This document shows positions 28,547-38,464 of a stretch of 64,000 nucleotides of DNA, piece by piece. The DNA is from Planctomycetota bacterium. GTDB taxonomy: Bacteria > Planctomycetota > UBA8108 > SXIK01. The stretch is from contig CBDCXR010000004.1 in NCBI GenBank assembly GCA_965223845.1, forward strand, positions 224,001-288,000. The letters are read 5' to 3'. Made by a program: the position numbers and the translations under genes. The notes beneath the pieces were generated by a model. The model made no database searches. It was given only the letters and a program-made list of their open reading frames with translations, and was not told the origin of the DNA. How positions within the stretch are numbered: position 1 is the stretch's first letter; each line of letters begins with the position of its first letter.

Positions 28547-29919
28547 TGTCGCCTGCGTTCGGTTCCGATCCCGATCGTTCCACGCGCCCGCGCGCACCGA
28601 AGCGGACGAGTGGATTCACGCTCATCGAGCTGATGGTCGCCCTGATGCTCGCGGCCATCGTGTCGATGTCGATCATGATGATCTCTTCGCAGGCGCGCCT
28701 CGCCTACGAAGAGACCGTGAAGAAAGTCGACGTCTACAATCGCTTTCGGTTCGCTTTGCAGCAGCTCGAGAACGATTTCAAGAACTGGATTCCGACCGGC
28801 GATCTCGAGTTCTACCAGGACGGAAGTGGTCGAGCGGGCAAGCTGAACAGCCACTGGGATCCGGGCGAGGAGGTTTCGGATGTCCGCGACGCCTTCGGAC
28901 TCGGCGTTCGCGATGGCGGAACGTATCGCGAGTACGACGAGTTCGCGTTCATCGAAGAGCGACATTACAAGAGCCGGGAGCCGGATCCCGAAGATCCCGA
29001 GACGCGCGAGCACGCGGCCTTCCGCGCTTACTTCCAGACGATGACCTACGTCGATGGCGCGATGCGCCTCGCGAACGTCGAGTACTACCTCGCCGATCCC
29101 AAGAAGACGATGGGAAACGGCAGTCGCGCGCCTGGTTTTCCGACTGTCGTCGAACCGGAACATGTTCCGAACCTCTCCCTGATCAAGGTCGTTCGCTACT
29201 ACGAGATCACTCACGGGTCGATCCAGAAGGTGAATGAGACACCCGTCAAGCGCCGAGTGATCGAAGTTGCGACGAACGTGACCGACTTCCGCGTCGAGTA
29301 CACGGTCGATCCCCAGCTCGAGCAGCGCCGGCGCTCGAAGAGCGAGATCGAATTCTTCACTCCGGAATCGGAGTACAAGGCGCCGTTTGAAGTCGCGCTC
29401 AAACCCGAGCGCATCGAGAGCGGCGTCTACCGGCGGAGCTTCGGTTATGGAAGCGTGAAGCTGGACCAGTCCTTCGATCTCGCGACCGCGGAGCCCGACT
29501 TCCGCGGCGACCGCCGGGTCGGATTGAACAACGGGCGTCACGCACCAGTGCGAGTGGGCTTTAAGGGAAACACTCGCGTGCGTTTTGCGCAGCTCGTCCC
29601 CGGCGATCGGATCTTCCTCTTCACCGAGGGAAATCGGGCCGCTCGCGCACAGGGTGGAGGCGGCGGAGGGGCTGGACTCGCCAATCTCGTTCGGTTCTCC
29701 GCCGGCGACTACACGGTGAAGACGAACCTCAACGGCCTCCTCGAGCTCGAGGAGGACATCGACTCGACGGAGTGGGGCGGCCAGACTCAGTCCGGCATCC
29801 TCTACAAGGCGCCGTTCCTTCCGTCCGCGGTGCGGATCACGATGCGCATCGTCGACGACAAGGGGCTGAACCCGAAGACACTCCAGAAGACCGTCTGGCT
29901 TCGGCGTCGCTCGCGCTGA
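28543..29919 (+). CDS. Minor pseudopilin (PilW/GspJ-like), extended
   Basis: ATGA overlap; SG|FTLIELMVALML; QQLENDF; VATNVTDFRVEY; LPSAVRITMRI typical of GspJ/PilW. Confidence 0.82.
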   Translation: MMSPAFGSDPDRSTRPRAPKRTSGFTLIELMVALMLAAIVSMSIMMISSQARLAYEETVKKVDVYNRFRFALQQLENDFKNWIPTGDLEFYQDGSGRAGKLNSHWDPGEEVSDVRDAFGLGVRDGGTYREYDEFAFIEERHYKSREPDPEDPETREHAAFRAYFQTMTYVDGAMRLANVEYYLADPKKTMGNGSRAPGFPTVVEPEHVPNLSLIKVVRYYEITHGSIQKVNETPVKRRVIEVATNVTDFRVEYTVDPQLEQRRRSKSEIEFFTPESEYKAPFEVALKPERIESGVYRRSFGYGSVKLDQSFDLATAEPDFRGDRRVGLNNGRHAPVRVGFKGNTRVRFAQLVPGDRIFLFTEGNRAARAQGGGGGGAGLANLVRFSAGDYTVKTNLNGLLELEEDIDSTEWGGQTQSGILYKAPFLPSAVRITMRIVDDKGLNPKTLQKTVWLRRRSR

Positions 29920-30133
29920 ACGCGAACGTGTCCATCGGGTGACTCTGCCCGATCGCTCGCCCGCGAGAAGCGACGCGTTCACCCGCGTCCCTTTCCGGAT
30001 CCACTGCGCGCGGTGACCGCGCCAGGCGGGAGGTGCAAACGGGGTGGCGCCGCACCGAACGGAAGGGTCTTTCCGACCCGCCGGGGATCAGTGCGGCGAC
30101 GCATCCCGCGTCTTTGAGTGTCGAAGCTCCGCG

Positions 30134-31573
30134 TTAGGAGACGACCCGGTCCGCGTTCATCGACATGAGGAACTCGGCGTTCGTCTTGAACTGCTTGAGC
30201 TTCGTCTTCAGCAGCTCCATCGCTTCGACCGGATTCATGTCGTGGAGGACTTTGCGGAGCACCCAGATCCGGCGCTGCTCCTCGGTGTCGAGGAGGAGCT
30301 CCTCCTTTCGCGTTCCTGAGCGCGTGATATCGATCGCCGGCCACACGCGCTTGTCGGCGAGCCGCCGATCGAGATGGAGCTCCATGTTGCCCGTCCCCTT
30401 GAACTCCTCGAAGATCACCTCGTCCATGCGACTCCCGGTGTCGATGAGCGCAGTCGCGATGATCGTCAGGCTGCCGCCCTCTTCGATGTTTCGCGCCGAG
30501 CCAAAGAAACGCTTCGGTTTTTGTAGCGCGCTCGCATCGACGCCGCCGGAGAGGATCCTTCCGGAGTGGGGTACTTCGGTGTTGTAGGCGCGCGCGAGCC
30601 GCGTGATGGAATCGAGGAGGATCACGACGTCGCGGCCGTACTCGACCATGCGCTTCGCCTTCTCGATCACCATCTCCGCGACCTGAACGTGACGGGCGGC
30701 GGGCTCGTCGAAAGTCGAGCTGATCACTTCGCCCTTCACCGAGCGTTCCATGTCCGTGACTTCCTCGGGCCGCTCGTCGATGAGGAGCACGATGAGGTCG
30801 ACCTCGGGATTGTTCCGCGAGATGCTGTTCGCGATCTTCTGGAGGATGATCGTCTTTCCCGTGCGCGGAGGCGCGACGATCAGGCCGCGCTGCCCTTTTC
30901 CGATCGGGGTGACGAGATCGATGATGCGGTTTTCGACTCCGGTCGGCTCGCATTCGAGGATGAGACGCTCCTCAGGGTAGAGGGGCGTCAAGTCATCGAA
31001 GTTCGCCTTGCTGTGAAGTCGATCCGGCTCTTCGTAATTGATCGCCTCGACGCGGAGGAGCGCGAAGTAGCGTTCGTTCTCCTTCGGCGGCCGGATTTGG
31101 CCCGAGACCACCGCACCGGTGCGGATCCCAAATCGACGGATTTGGGACGGCGAAATATAGATGTCGTCGGGGCAAGGATAGTACGAGTAGCGCGGAGAGC
31201 GAAGAAAGCCGAACCCGTCGGGAAGGACCTCGAGCACGCCTTCGCCGTACATGAGACCGTTCTGCGACGCGCGCTCCTTGAGCAGCTTGAAGATGAGATC
31301 CTGTTTCTTCAGACCGGCGTACTCGGTGATCCCTTCGGATTGCGCGAGCTCGTGGAGCTCGGCGATCGTCATCTTCTGCAGCTTGCCGACGTGGAGGCTC
31401 TCCCGATCGTCGTTCGCAGCGGTGCGTTCGAGCTGCTCGGCCTCTTCTTCGAGCTCTTCGTCGCTCGGCAAACCGGTGACGGCGCGCCCGCTTTTGGTCG
31501 CCTTTCCCGCCTTCGCCGGCTGGCTGTCGGCTCGCTTCTTACGCGTGTTGCCGCGCGTCTTAGCCGTCGCCAT
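30134..31573 (-). CDS. rho: Transcription termination factor Rho
   Basis: GGAGA RBS; [57 protein letters not shown]. Confidence 0.99.
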   Translation of the reverse strand: MATAKTRGNTRKKRADSQPAKAGKATKSGRAVTGLPSDEELEEEAEQLERTAANDDRESLHVGKLQKMTIAELHELAQSEGITEYAGLKKQDLIFKLLKERASQNGLMYGEGVLEVLPDGFGFLRSPRYSYYPCPDDIYISPSQIRRFGIRTGAVVSGQIRPPKENERYFALLRVEAINYEEPDRLHSKANFDDLTPLYPEERLILECEPTGVENRIIDLVTPIGKGQRGLIVAPPRTGKTIILQKIANSISRNNPEVDLIVLLIDERPEEVTDMERSVKGEVISSTFDEPAARHVQVAEMVIEKAKRMVEYGRDVVILLDSITRLARAYNTEVPHSGRILSGGVDASALQKPKRFFGSARNIEEGGSLTIIATALIDTGSRMDEVIFEEFKGTGNMELHLDRRLADKRVWPAIDITRSGTRKEELLLDTEEQRRIWVLRKVLHDMNPVEAMELLKTKLKQFKTNAEFLMSMNADRVVS

Positions 31574-31636
31574 GATCAAGTCTCCGTAAATGATGGTTGG
31601 CTGGGTTGAGTCCCCGCATTGCCCCGAATTCCGTGC

Positions 31637-32272
31637 TCAAGCGTCGCGGTCCCTGCGCTCTGTCCGCGCGCGAGAGAGGCACGCGGCGACTTGTTCACGC
31701 GAGTTCGCGAGGGGGCCCGAATTATTGATGACGATGTCGGCGCGCTCGCGTTTCGTCGCGAGCGCGGTCTGGTGCCGCTCCCGCCTCTCGAGCTCGCCTT
31801 CGTCCCATCCGCGATCTGCCCGAACGCGGCGCTCGCGCTCCCTGGCATCGACTTCGACGAACACGACGAGATCGCATTCGCTGCGAAGTTTCGATGACGC
31901 GAGGAGGGGGACGTCGAGAACGAGGAGATCCTCCGGGCCAGCGTTCCGCCGAAACGCCTCGGCCCGTGCGCGGATGCTTCGTTCGACGGTCGGATGCACC
32001 CAGCTCTCGAGCTGCTGCAGTCGTCGCGCGTCCGAGAACACGATCGCGCCGAGACTCTTCCGGTCGACCCGTCCATCCGCATCGAATACCTGCGCCCCGA
32101 ACTCCTCCCGAATCCGCGCCTTGACGTCACCGAGCTCGAGCGCGTCGTGGGCGATCGCGTCGGCATCAGCAATCTCCGCGATTCTCGCTCCGCGTTCGCG
32201 CGCGACGGCGCAAAAGAGGCGAGCGATCGTCGATTTGCCCGATCCGATTCCGCCGATCACGCCAAGAATCAC
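31637..32272 (-). CDS. coaE: Dephospho-CoA kinase
   Basis: VILGVIGGIGSGKST, DADAIAH, DRKSLGAIVF, VHP, LDVPLL, ADIVINNSG; GTG start at 32272 inferred. Confidence 0.93.
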   Translation of the reverse strand: MILGVIGGIGSGKSTIARLFCAVARERGARIAEIADADAIAHDALELGDVKARIREEFGAQVFDADGRVDRKSLGAIVFSDARRLQQLESWVHPTVERSIRARAEAFRRNAGPEDLLVLDVPLLASSKLRSECDLVVFVEVDARERERRVRADRGWDEGELERRERHQTALATKRERADIVINNSGPLANSREQVAACLSRARTERRDRDA

Positions 32273-32983
32273 GCTCTCTCTCCCGCTCCACGATGTCGCG
32301 CGGCGGACTCGGGTCTCGTCGCAGCGATTCGGTTTCATGAGGAGCATTGTTTCGTCCGTTCGGAAGGAGCCGCCGTCCGGCCGGGACGAGCCTCGGACCG
32401 GGGCGCGTGGCCGCGGTCTCAGACCGCGCCGCCGTCCGTTTCGCCGGACCGGCCTCGCTCCGAGGCAGGACACCGCGAGACCGGGGGCGCGGGGCTGTGA
32501 AGGGGGTCGTCTCGACTGATTCGGGGAATGATCGGGAGGGTGGTCGCCGGGCGAAGGCGTCTCACGGGAGTTTCCGCGCACCGTTTCGCGGGAGCTCTCT
32601 CGCGTGGCGTCGATGGGAGCGGGTCCGAACCTGACGTCCGGACCGCCGTTCGACGGCAGTCCGCCTCCGACTGACTGGAAGCCGTTCTCCTCACTCGGTG
32701 AGTCGCCGCGGTGGGTCCGATGGAAGCGAATTCCGTCGGGACCCGCGCTCGCGTGCCAGTCGCCCCGTCATCGGCTTTCCGGTGACGGTCGCGGCCGTCG
32801 TGGAACTGGACCGATTCGCCCGGATTCCTTCGCGATCCGATTCGAAGGACCCACCCGCTCGGTGGGGCGCCGAAGGACGCCTTTGAGAGCTCGGGGGGCC
32901 GGACTCACGGACAAATTCCTAACGCGCCGACCGGCTTGCGGCCCAGCCAGGGCTGGAAGCGTCTCACCTTCACTTCAATCTGG

Positions 32984-33012
32984 ATCATGGTTGTGTCACA
33001 AAGTGTTGTCAA
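32984..33012 (-). promoter_or_regulatory. Sigma70-type promoter facing coaE-rho
   Basis: Minus strand TTGACA (33012-33007), 17-nt spacer, CATGAT (32989-32984). Confidence 0.55.
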
Positions 33013-33039
33013 GAAAGAACCCCCGGTGCTTTTCTCCGC

Positions 33040-33067
33040 TTGACACGTTCTACCCCCTCTCTACAAT
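33040..33067 (+). promoter_or_regulatory. Sigma70-type promoter facing the 33619 gene
   Basis: TTGACA (33040-33045), 16-nt spacer, TACAAT (33062-33067) in a locally AT-richer patch. Confidence 0.65.
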
Positions 33068-33618
33068 CGGAAAAGGCTTTATCGGAGAGTCTGACTAGCC
33101 GGAAAGTCTAGCCGCCCGTTGAATCGGTTCGTGAATCGCGCGGACTCTTCAGTGGACGGCCGGTCACGACCCGACCGGCGAGCGGAGCTTCCCCGTTCTT
33201 TTTGCGGGGTGCTCGGCGCGTCTTCGGCGGAGTGACCTCGGGTCTCACGGGACACCTACCTCAGCGCAGATTCGTTCGGTATCGCGTTCGATCGATGCGG
33301 AGGGGACGGCACAATTCGAGCCGCTCAACCGCGCTTCGTGCTTCCCGCACCGCCGGTGAAGACGAGTTCGACTCCGCTCCGAAGCCTGCTTTCTCGATCT
33401 GAAAGTCGACTCCCCCGCCTGCCGCGTCGCCCGGCGATCCGAGATTCATCCAGTCAGTCCACGCATTCATTTTCCCCTCGAGAGAGAACCCCAGAACGGC
33501 TGCAGCACGGCGGAGGTCGATCTCCGAGTGAATCTCCCGCGCCGGGAGAGGATCGCGGAGTCTTCTCGACGCCCGGCTTCGGGCTCCCGGGCCGGATCGT
33601 TGCCGCGGAGGATTCGTA

Positions 33619-34851
33619 ATGGCACAGCGAGACGGATCTGTCTTTTTGACGCTCTTCATCGTCATGTTCGTGCTCTTCGCGATCATGACGGCGCTCTTCA
33701 TTCAATCGAATTCGGAGGTGACCAATCTCCAAGGTCAGCTTCGATCCAAGGACCGAGAGGCGGAGGAGTTCCGCGCGAACAATCAGAAGCTGAGCTCTCA
33801 GGCCGCGGATTTCCGTGCGCTCATCGGTGGCGAGACTTACCGCGACGGCGAAGCCTGGCCGACGAACGAACACTTTCGCCAGCAGCTCAAGGACAAGGTC
33901 GAGACCGCGATCAACGCGTCGCTGAAAGAGCTGGGGATGAACGCGCGGGAGTATACGAACCTCGTCGAACCGTACGAGGACATCCCGGCGATTCTCCGGA
34001 AGTACAGCGAAGGCATCACGAAGGCCGACGCCGATCGCCGCGCCGCGGTCGACACGCAGGCGCAGCTTTCCGTGCAGACGTCCGAGACCGTGAACACGCT
34101 GCAGGGCCGGACGTCGGAGCTCCTTTCGCAGATCGCTACGCGTGAGAGCGAGCTCGAAGACGTTCAGGGGAAGGCGCAGGACCGAGAGCAGGAGCTTCTC
34201 GCCCAGATCGAAGAGATCAAGGATCAGTGGTCGGACGAAGTGATCGATTGTCGCCGGAAGAGCAACTTCAAGGACAATCAGCTCCGGTCGCTGAGGACGC
34301 GCATTCAGAAGCTCGAGGAAGAGGTGCGGAAGGAGCAGGGGCTCGACGATGTCGAGCCGGACGCGTCGATCCTCGCCGTGAGCAATGAGACGGGGAAGGC
34401 TTGGGTGGACGTCGGTCGCAAGGATCACCTCCGCAAGGGCCTCATCTTCCGCGTCTTCCAGTACGTGAAGGGCGGGAAGCGCCTCTACAAGGGGCGAGTC
34501 GAGATTCGGAAGCCCGGTGAGGACATGAGTGAGGTCCGCGTCGTCGAAGAAGTCGACCCGCTCAACCCGATCACGACGGGGGATTTCATCTCGAGTCCCT
34601 TCTACGATCCGGAAGCGCAGCCGATCTTCGTGTTCGCCGGAACGAACCTGGCGTCGAAGGACGTCACGCGCGAGTTCCTCGAGTCGCAGATGCGGTTCTA
34701 CGGCGCGGTCATCGACAGCAAGGTCGATCTCAACACCGATTACCTCGTCGCGACGCAGAACTACGAGAATTCCGAAGAGTACCAGCGCGCGCGTGAGCTC
34801 GGAGTGACGGTCATCCGAGAGGGCGACCTGCTCCAGTTCATCGGACTGTAG
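33619..34851 (+). CDS. Membrane-anchored coiled-coil protein with beta-domain and C-terminal BRCT-like domain
   Basis: GGAGG RBS; N-terminal TM (VFLTLFIVMFVLFAIMTALF); long heptad region; AWVDVGRKDHLRKGLIFRV beta module; YGAVIDSKVDLNTDYLV..YQRARELGVTVIREGDLLQFI resembles the ligase-type BRCT. Confidence 0.8.
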   Translation: MAQRDGSVFLTLFIVMFVLFAIMTALFIQSNSEVTNLQGQLRSKDREAEEFRANNQKLSSQAADFRALIGGETYRDGEAWPTNEHFRQQLKDKVETAINASLKELGMNAREYTNLVEPYEDIPAILRKYSEGITKADADRRAAVDTQAQLSVQTSETVNTLQGRTSELLSQIATRESELEDVQGKAQDREQELLAQIEEIKDQWSDEVIDCRRKSNFKDNQLRSLRTRIQKLEEEVRKEQGLDDVEPDASILAVSNETGKAWVDVGRKDHLRKGLIFRVFQYVKGGKRLYKGRVEIRKPGEDMSEVRVVEEVDPLNPITTGDFISSPFYDPEAQPIFVFAGTNLASKDVTREFLESQMRFYGAVIDSKVDLNTDYLVATQNYENSEEYQRARELGVTVIREGDLLQFIGL

Positions 34852-35427
34852 CGCGGTGGGGAGGCGGCACGAGCGCCGGAGCGCTGGTGCCGCCGCCCCG
34901 CGATCGTTGCAACGTCGTTAGGGCCGCGGTATCCTCCGGGATCGAAAGACTTCCCGTCTCGATCGCGACGCGGATGCGTCGGCGGCCGGGACGGAGCGGA
35001 GTTCGCTCGAACCCGGCTCCCGGAGCTGGGCCCGGCGAGTCCGAACCCTTCGCGCTTCGACCGCGCCTCGGTTCAGCCCCCACGCGGTAGCCGAGTCGCT
35101 CGGTTCCGCGCGGTTCTTGTTCTCACCTTCCGGCCGGTTCCGGATCCCAGCGGAGCGAACGCATCGACCCGAGCGGCGGCGTTCGACGAGCCCGCGGGAG
35201 AATGCGTTCCGGAAGGTCTCACCCCTCGCTCCCGCCTGCTTGCAGGACGGATCGTCTGTGGCCTCGCCTGATCCGGGATCGTTCGTGCATCGGATCGCCC
35301 TAGCCGAGTGGCGCGGACTCGCCGCGAGCGGGTTCGAGACTGTCGCAGGCGGCCGACCGCGAAATCCGCGGACGATTCGAGCCCGATTCCGGAAGGCCGA
35401 GCTGAGTGCGAGCCCGGTTGTGACCCC

Positions 35428-37050
35428 ATGAAAGAAGTCCGAATGACGTTCGGCGAGCACCTCGAAGAGCTCCGCCGTCGACTCATCGTCTCGATCCTCT
35501 ACTTGATCGCTGCCGTCATCATCTGCCTTTCGTTGGGTGATCGGCTGATGATGTTCACGCTTCGGCCTCACTACCGAGCGATCGAGGCGGCGATGGCGAG
35601 TCGACTCGTCGCGAAGATGGACAAGACGGCGGCGGAGTTTCGCCAGCTCATGGGCGAGGAGGCGGGGCTACCCGGCGATCTCACACCGGAGGACGTCCGG
35701 TGGAGCGACCTCTTTCGCGCCGAGTCGGCCGCGCCGGTACTCGAAAACCATCTGCGCGCTCCGTTCTCCGAAGCGGCGAGCAAGATCGGAGACTGGACGG
35801 AGTTCTCCGCCGCCGAACGCAATCGGATCCGCGGGCTGATCGGCGACATCGGGGAGAGTCTCACCAAGCGGATGCTCGAGCTCTACGTTCCGGAGGGGCT
35901 GCTCGGCCCCCAGGAGCGGATCATCCGTGAGCTCGACGCGACGCGCGCGCTCGTCGCTAGCGCCGAGCGGCTGCACGGGCCGTCGAAGACACAAGCTCTG
36001 CTCGGTCTCGGCCGGAGTTTCGAGAACCTCACGGAGACGCTGGACGACTTTCGCGCGTTCCTCGAGAAGAAGCGCGAGGAGGTTCGCGGCAGTGTCGACT
36101 CGCTCGCCGAGCTCACCGCCATGAAGGAGCCACGACTCGCCGAGTACCTGGTCGAGGCGATCGAAGCCATCGACTCGAGCGCGCGGCAGATCGTCGATCC
36201 GCCGTCCGCCTCGCTGATGGTGATCCACTACCTCGAAAACTTCATGGCCTACCTCAAGGTGTCGCTCATCTTCGGGCTCGCGCTCGCGTTCCCGTTCATC
36301 CTGCTCGAGATGTGGAAATTCGTCGGAGCCGGCCTCTACGACCATGAGCAGAAGTACGTGCGACTGTTCGTGCCGTTCTCGCTCGGGCTCTTCGTGCTCG
36401 GAGTCCTGTTCGGATACTTCTACATGATTCCGTTCGGCCTTCAGTTTCTCGCCGGCTGGGGCATCGACGAGGTGAACATCAACATCACCCTCGGGAACTA
36501 CCTCGGGCTCTTCATCACCCTCACGCTTCTCCTCGGGCTCGTGTTTCAGATCCCGCTCGCCATGGTGTTCTTGTCGCTGATCGATCTCGTCCGCGTCGAG
36601 ACGATGCGGCGGATGCGCCGTCCGGCGATCTTCATCCTCGTTTGCCTCTCGGCGATTATCACGCCTCCCGATCCGATCACACTCCTCCTCATGGCCGGGC
36701 CACTCGTCCTCCTCTACGAAGTCGGGATCTGGGTGAGCTGGCTCATCACCGAGAGGAAGTGGCGCGCTCGCCGGACGTCTTCGGGTCGAAGCACCTCGGC
36801 GCCGAAGTCGAGCCCGCCGCGCGATCCGGATTCGGCGAGCGCCTCCTCGAGCGGCGTTCCATCACCCGCAGAGGCTTCGCCTCCGGGAGACTCGGGGACC
36901 GGCGACGAGCCCGACGCGGCGGCTGCCGGGGATAGCGACGACGTGAACGTCGAGCCGGCCCCGGACGCCTCGAGCTCGGATCGCGAGGGCGATTCGAATC
37001 CGTCAAGACCGGACGGCGATGCGGCCGATGACGAGAAAGAGAAGGGGTAG
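35428..37050 (+). CDS. tatC: Twin-arginine translocase TatC with large loop insertion and disordered acidic tail
   Basis: MTFGEHLEELRRRLI, FMAYLKVS, WKFVGAGLYDHE, FQIPL, SAIITPPD, LLYEVGI. Confidence 0.93.
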   Translation: MKEVRMTFGEHLEELRRRLIVSILYLIAAVIICLSLGDRLMMFTLRPHYRAIEAAMASRLVAKMDKTAAEFRQLMGEEAGLPGDLTPEDVRWSDLFRAESAAPVLENHLRAPFSEAASKIGDWTEFSAAERNRIRGLIGDIGESLTKRMLELYVPEGLLGPQERIIRELDATRALVASAERLHGPSKTQALLGLGRSFENLTETLDDFRAFLEKKREEVRGSVDSLAELTAMKEPRLAEYLVEAIEAIDSSARQIVDPPSASLMVIHYLENFMAYLKVSLIFGLALAFPFILLEMWKFVGAGLYDHEQKYVRLFVPFSLGLFVLGVLFGYFYMIPFGLQFLAGWGIDEVNINITLGNYLGLFITLTLLLGLVFQIPLAMVFLSLIDLVRVETMRRMRRPAIFILVCLSAIITPPDPITLLLMAGPLVLLYEVGIWVSWLITERKWRARRTSSGRSTSAPKSSPPRDPDSASASSSGVPSPAEASPPGDSGTGDEPDAAAAGDSDDVNVEPAPDASSSDREGDSNPSRPDGDAADDEKEKG

Positions 37051-37268
37051 CGTGCGGGTTCTTCGGAACGGCGACGCCGTTCGCGCCGAGCGTCGCAGCG
37101 AATCGTCCAGTTCGTAGACGATTCGCTGTGGCGATTCGACCGCCGTTACCGGACGGGATAGACTTCTCGCGAATCCCCTTCCTTTCGCTTTCTCGACTCC
37201 ATGACCCGCCGGGAAGACCGGCGCGGTCTCGCCGCGTGCGATTACCCCTCTAGAGGAGTGTCTCGATC

Positions 37269-38273
37269 ATGCGCTTGCGCACTCTATCCTCCGTCCTGAG
37301 CGGCGTGACTCTCGCCCTTCTCCTGACCGCGAGCAATGCGGTGGCGGACACCGTGCACCTCACCAACGGGGAGTACATCGACGGTCTCGTGACGTCCCGT
37401 AACGAGCGCCTGATCATGGTCCACATCGGACGGATCGGACGGATCGAGATTCCCGTCGAGGACGTCGAGCGCATCGAAAAGAACAACCGACGCGGGACGG
37501 AGATCCCGTTCGGATTTCTACCGGCGGACCTCGTCGATTCCTCCGAGGGCGAAGGCGCAGACGATGCGGGCTCCGAGGACGACGAAACGAACGCGACCGG
37601 CAGCGAGGAAGACGAATCTACCGGGGACGATGCCGTCGCCGATGAAGATGACGAGACCTCGGAGAGCGATGACGATCCCTCCGCCGACGCTTCCGACGAC
37701 GAGGAGCTCTCTCCGGAGCAAGAGGCAGAGATCGAGGAGCTCGTCAGCGATCTCCAGCGGCAGAAGTCGCGGTATCGGCATCGCGCGGAGCGCCGACTGC
37801 GTGCGATGGGAAGCGTCATCCTTCCCGCAATCCTTCCGCTCGTCGATCACTCGTCGGAGAACACGCGCATCGCCGCCGTCCGTCTCGTCTACGAGGTCGG
37901 CGACGATCGCTCCGAGGTGCTCGAAGCCTGCGTCGACGCGCTCGCGGACGAAAACGTGTTCGTGCGCGAGTACGCAGCGCAATCGCTCCGCCGCATCACG
38001 CGCAAGCGCTTCGACTTCAACGCTCGAGCGAGCGTGCAGGCTCGCTCGGCGGCGGCGGAACGGTGGAGTGCGTGGTGGAGTCGCGAAGAAGCTCGTCGCG
38101 AGAAGAACGCCGAGCGCCTCGCCGCGAAGAAGAAAGAATCCAAAGCGCGCGAGAAGTCGGCGGCTAAGAGTGAAATCGATCGTGAGATCGAGGAGAAGGT
38201 GAGTCGACTCGTCGAGGAGCGCCTTCTCGAGGTCCTCGAGCGAAAGCTGCGCGAAGAGCGCGACGAGAACTAA
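37269..38273 (+). CDS. Exported HEAT-repeat protein with acidic linker
   Basis: GAGGAG RBS; signal peptide ending AVA-D; DTVHLTNGEYIDG N-domain; HEAT-like helices (LADENVFVREYAAQSLRRIT). Confidence 0.8.
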   Translation: MRLRTLSSVLSGVTLALLLTASNAVADTVHLTNGEYIDGLVTSRNERLIMVHIGRIGRIEIPVEDVERIEKNNRRGTEIPFGFLPADLVDSSEGEGADDAGSEDDETNATGSEEDESTGDDAVADEDDETSESDDDPSADASDDEELSPEQEAEIEELVSDLQRQKSRYRHRAERRLRAMGSVILPAILPLVDHSSENTRIAAVRLVYEVGDDRSEVLEACVDALADENVFVREYAAQSLRRITRKRFDFNARASVQARSAAAERWSAWWSREEARREKNAERLAAKKKESKAREKSAAKSEIDREIEEKVSRLVEERLLEVLERKLREERDEN

Positions 38274-38435
38274 TTCGCGTACCGAGTGCGGCGCGCGCGG
38301 TGCAGAAGCTGATTCGTCGTGCTGGCGTCGTCTGGCGAGCGAGTTTTCGGCTCGCGCCCGCGCGCGAAGCGAGCGTTCGCGGAGCCGCGCACCCGAGCCG
38401 CGAATGCGGTTCCGCCCAGCGTTTTCACTAGCGAG

Positions 38436-38464
38436 TTGACATCGACCGAACCGCTAGGTAGGAT
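38436..38464 (+). promoter_or_regulatory. Sigma70-type promoter ~860 nt upstream of dnaA
   Basis: TTGACA (38436-38441), 17-nt spacer, TAGGAT (38459-38464). Confidence 0.65.
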
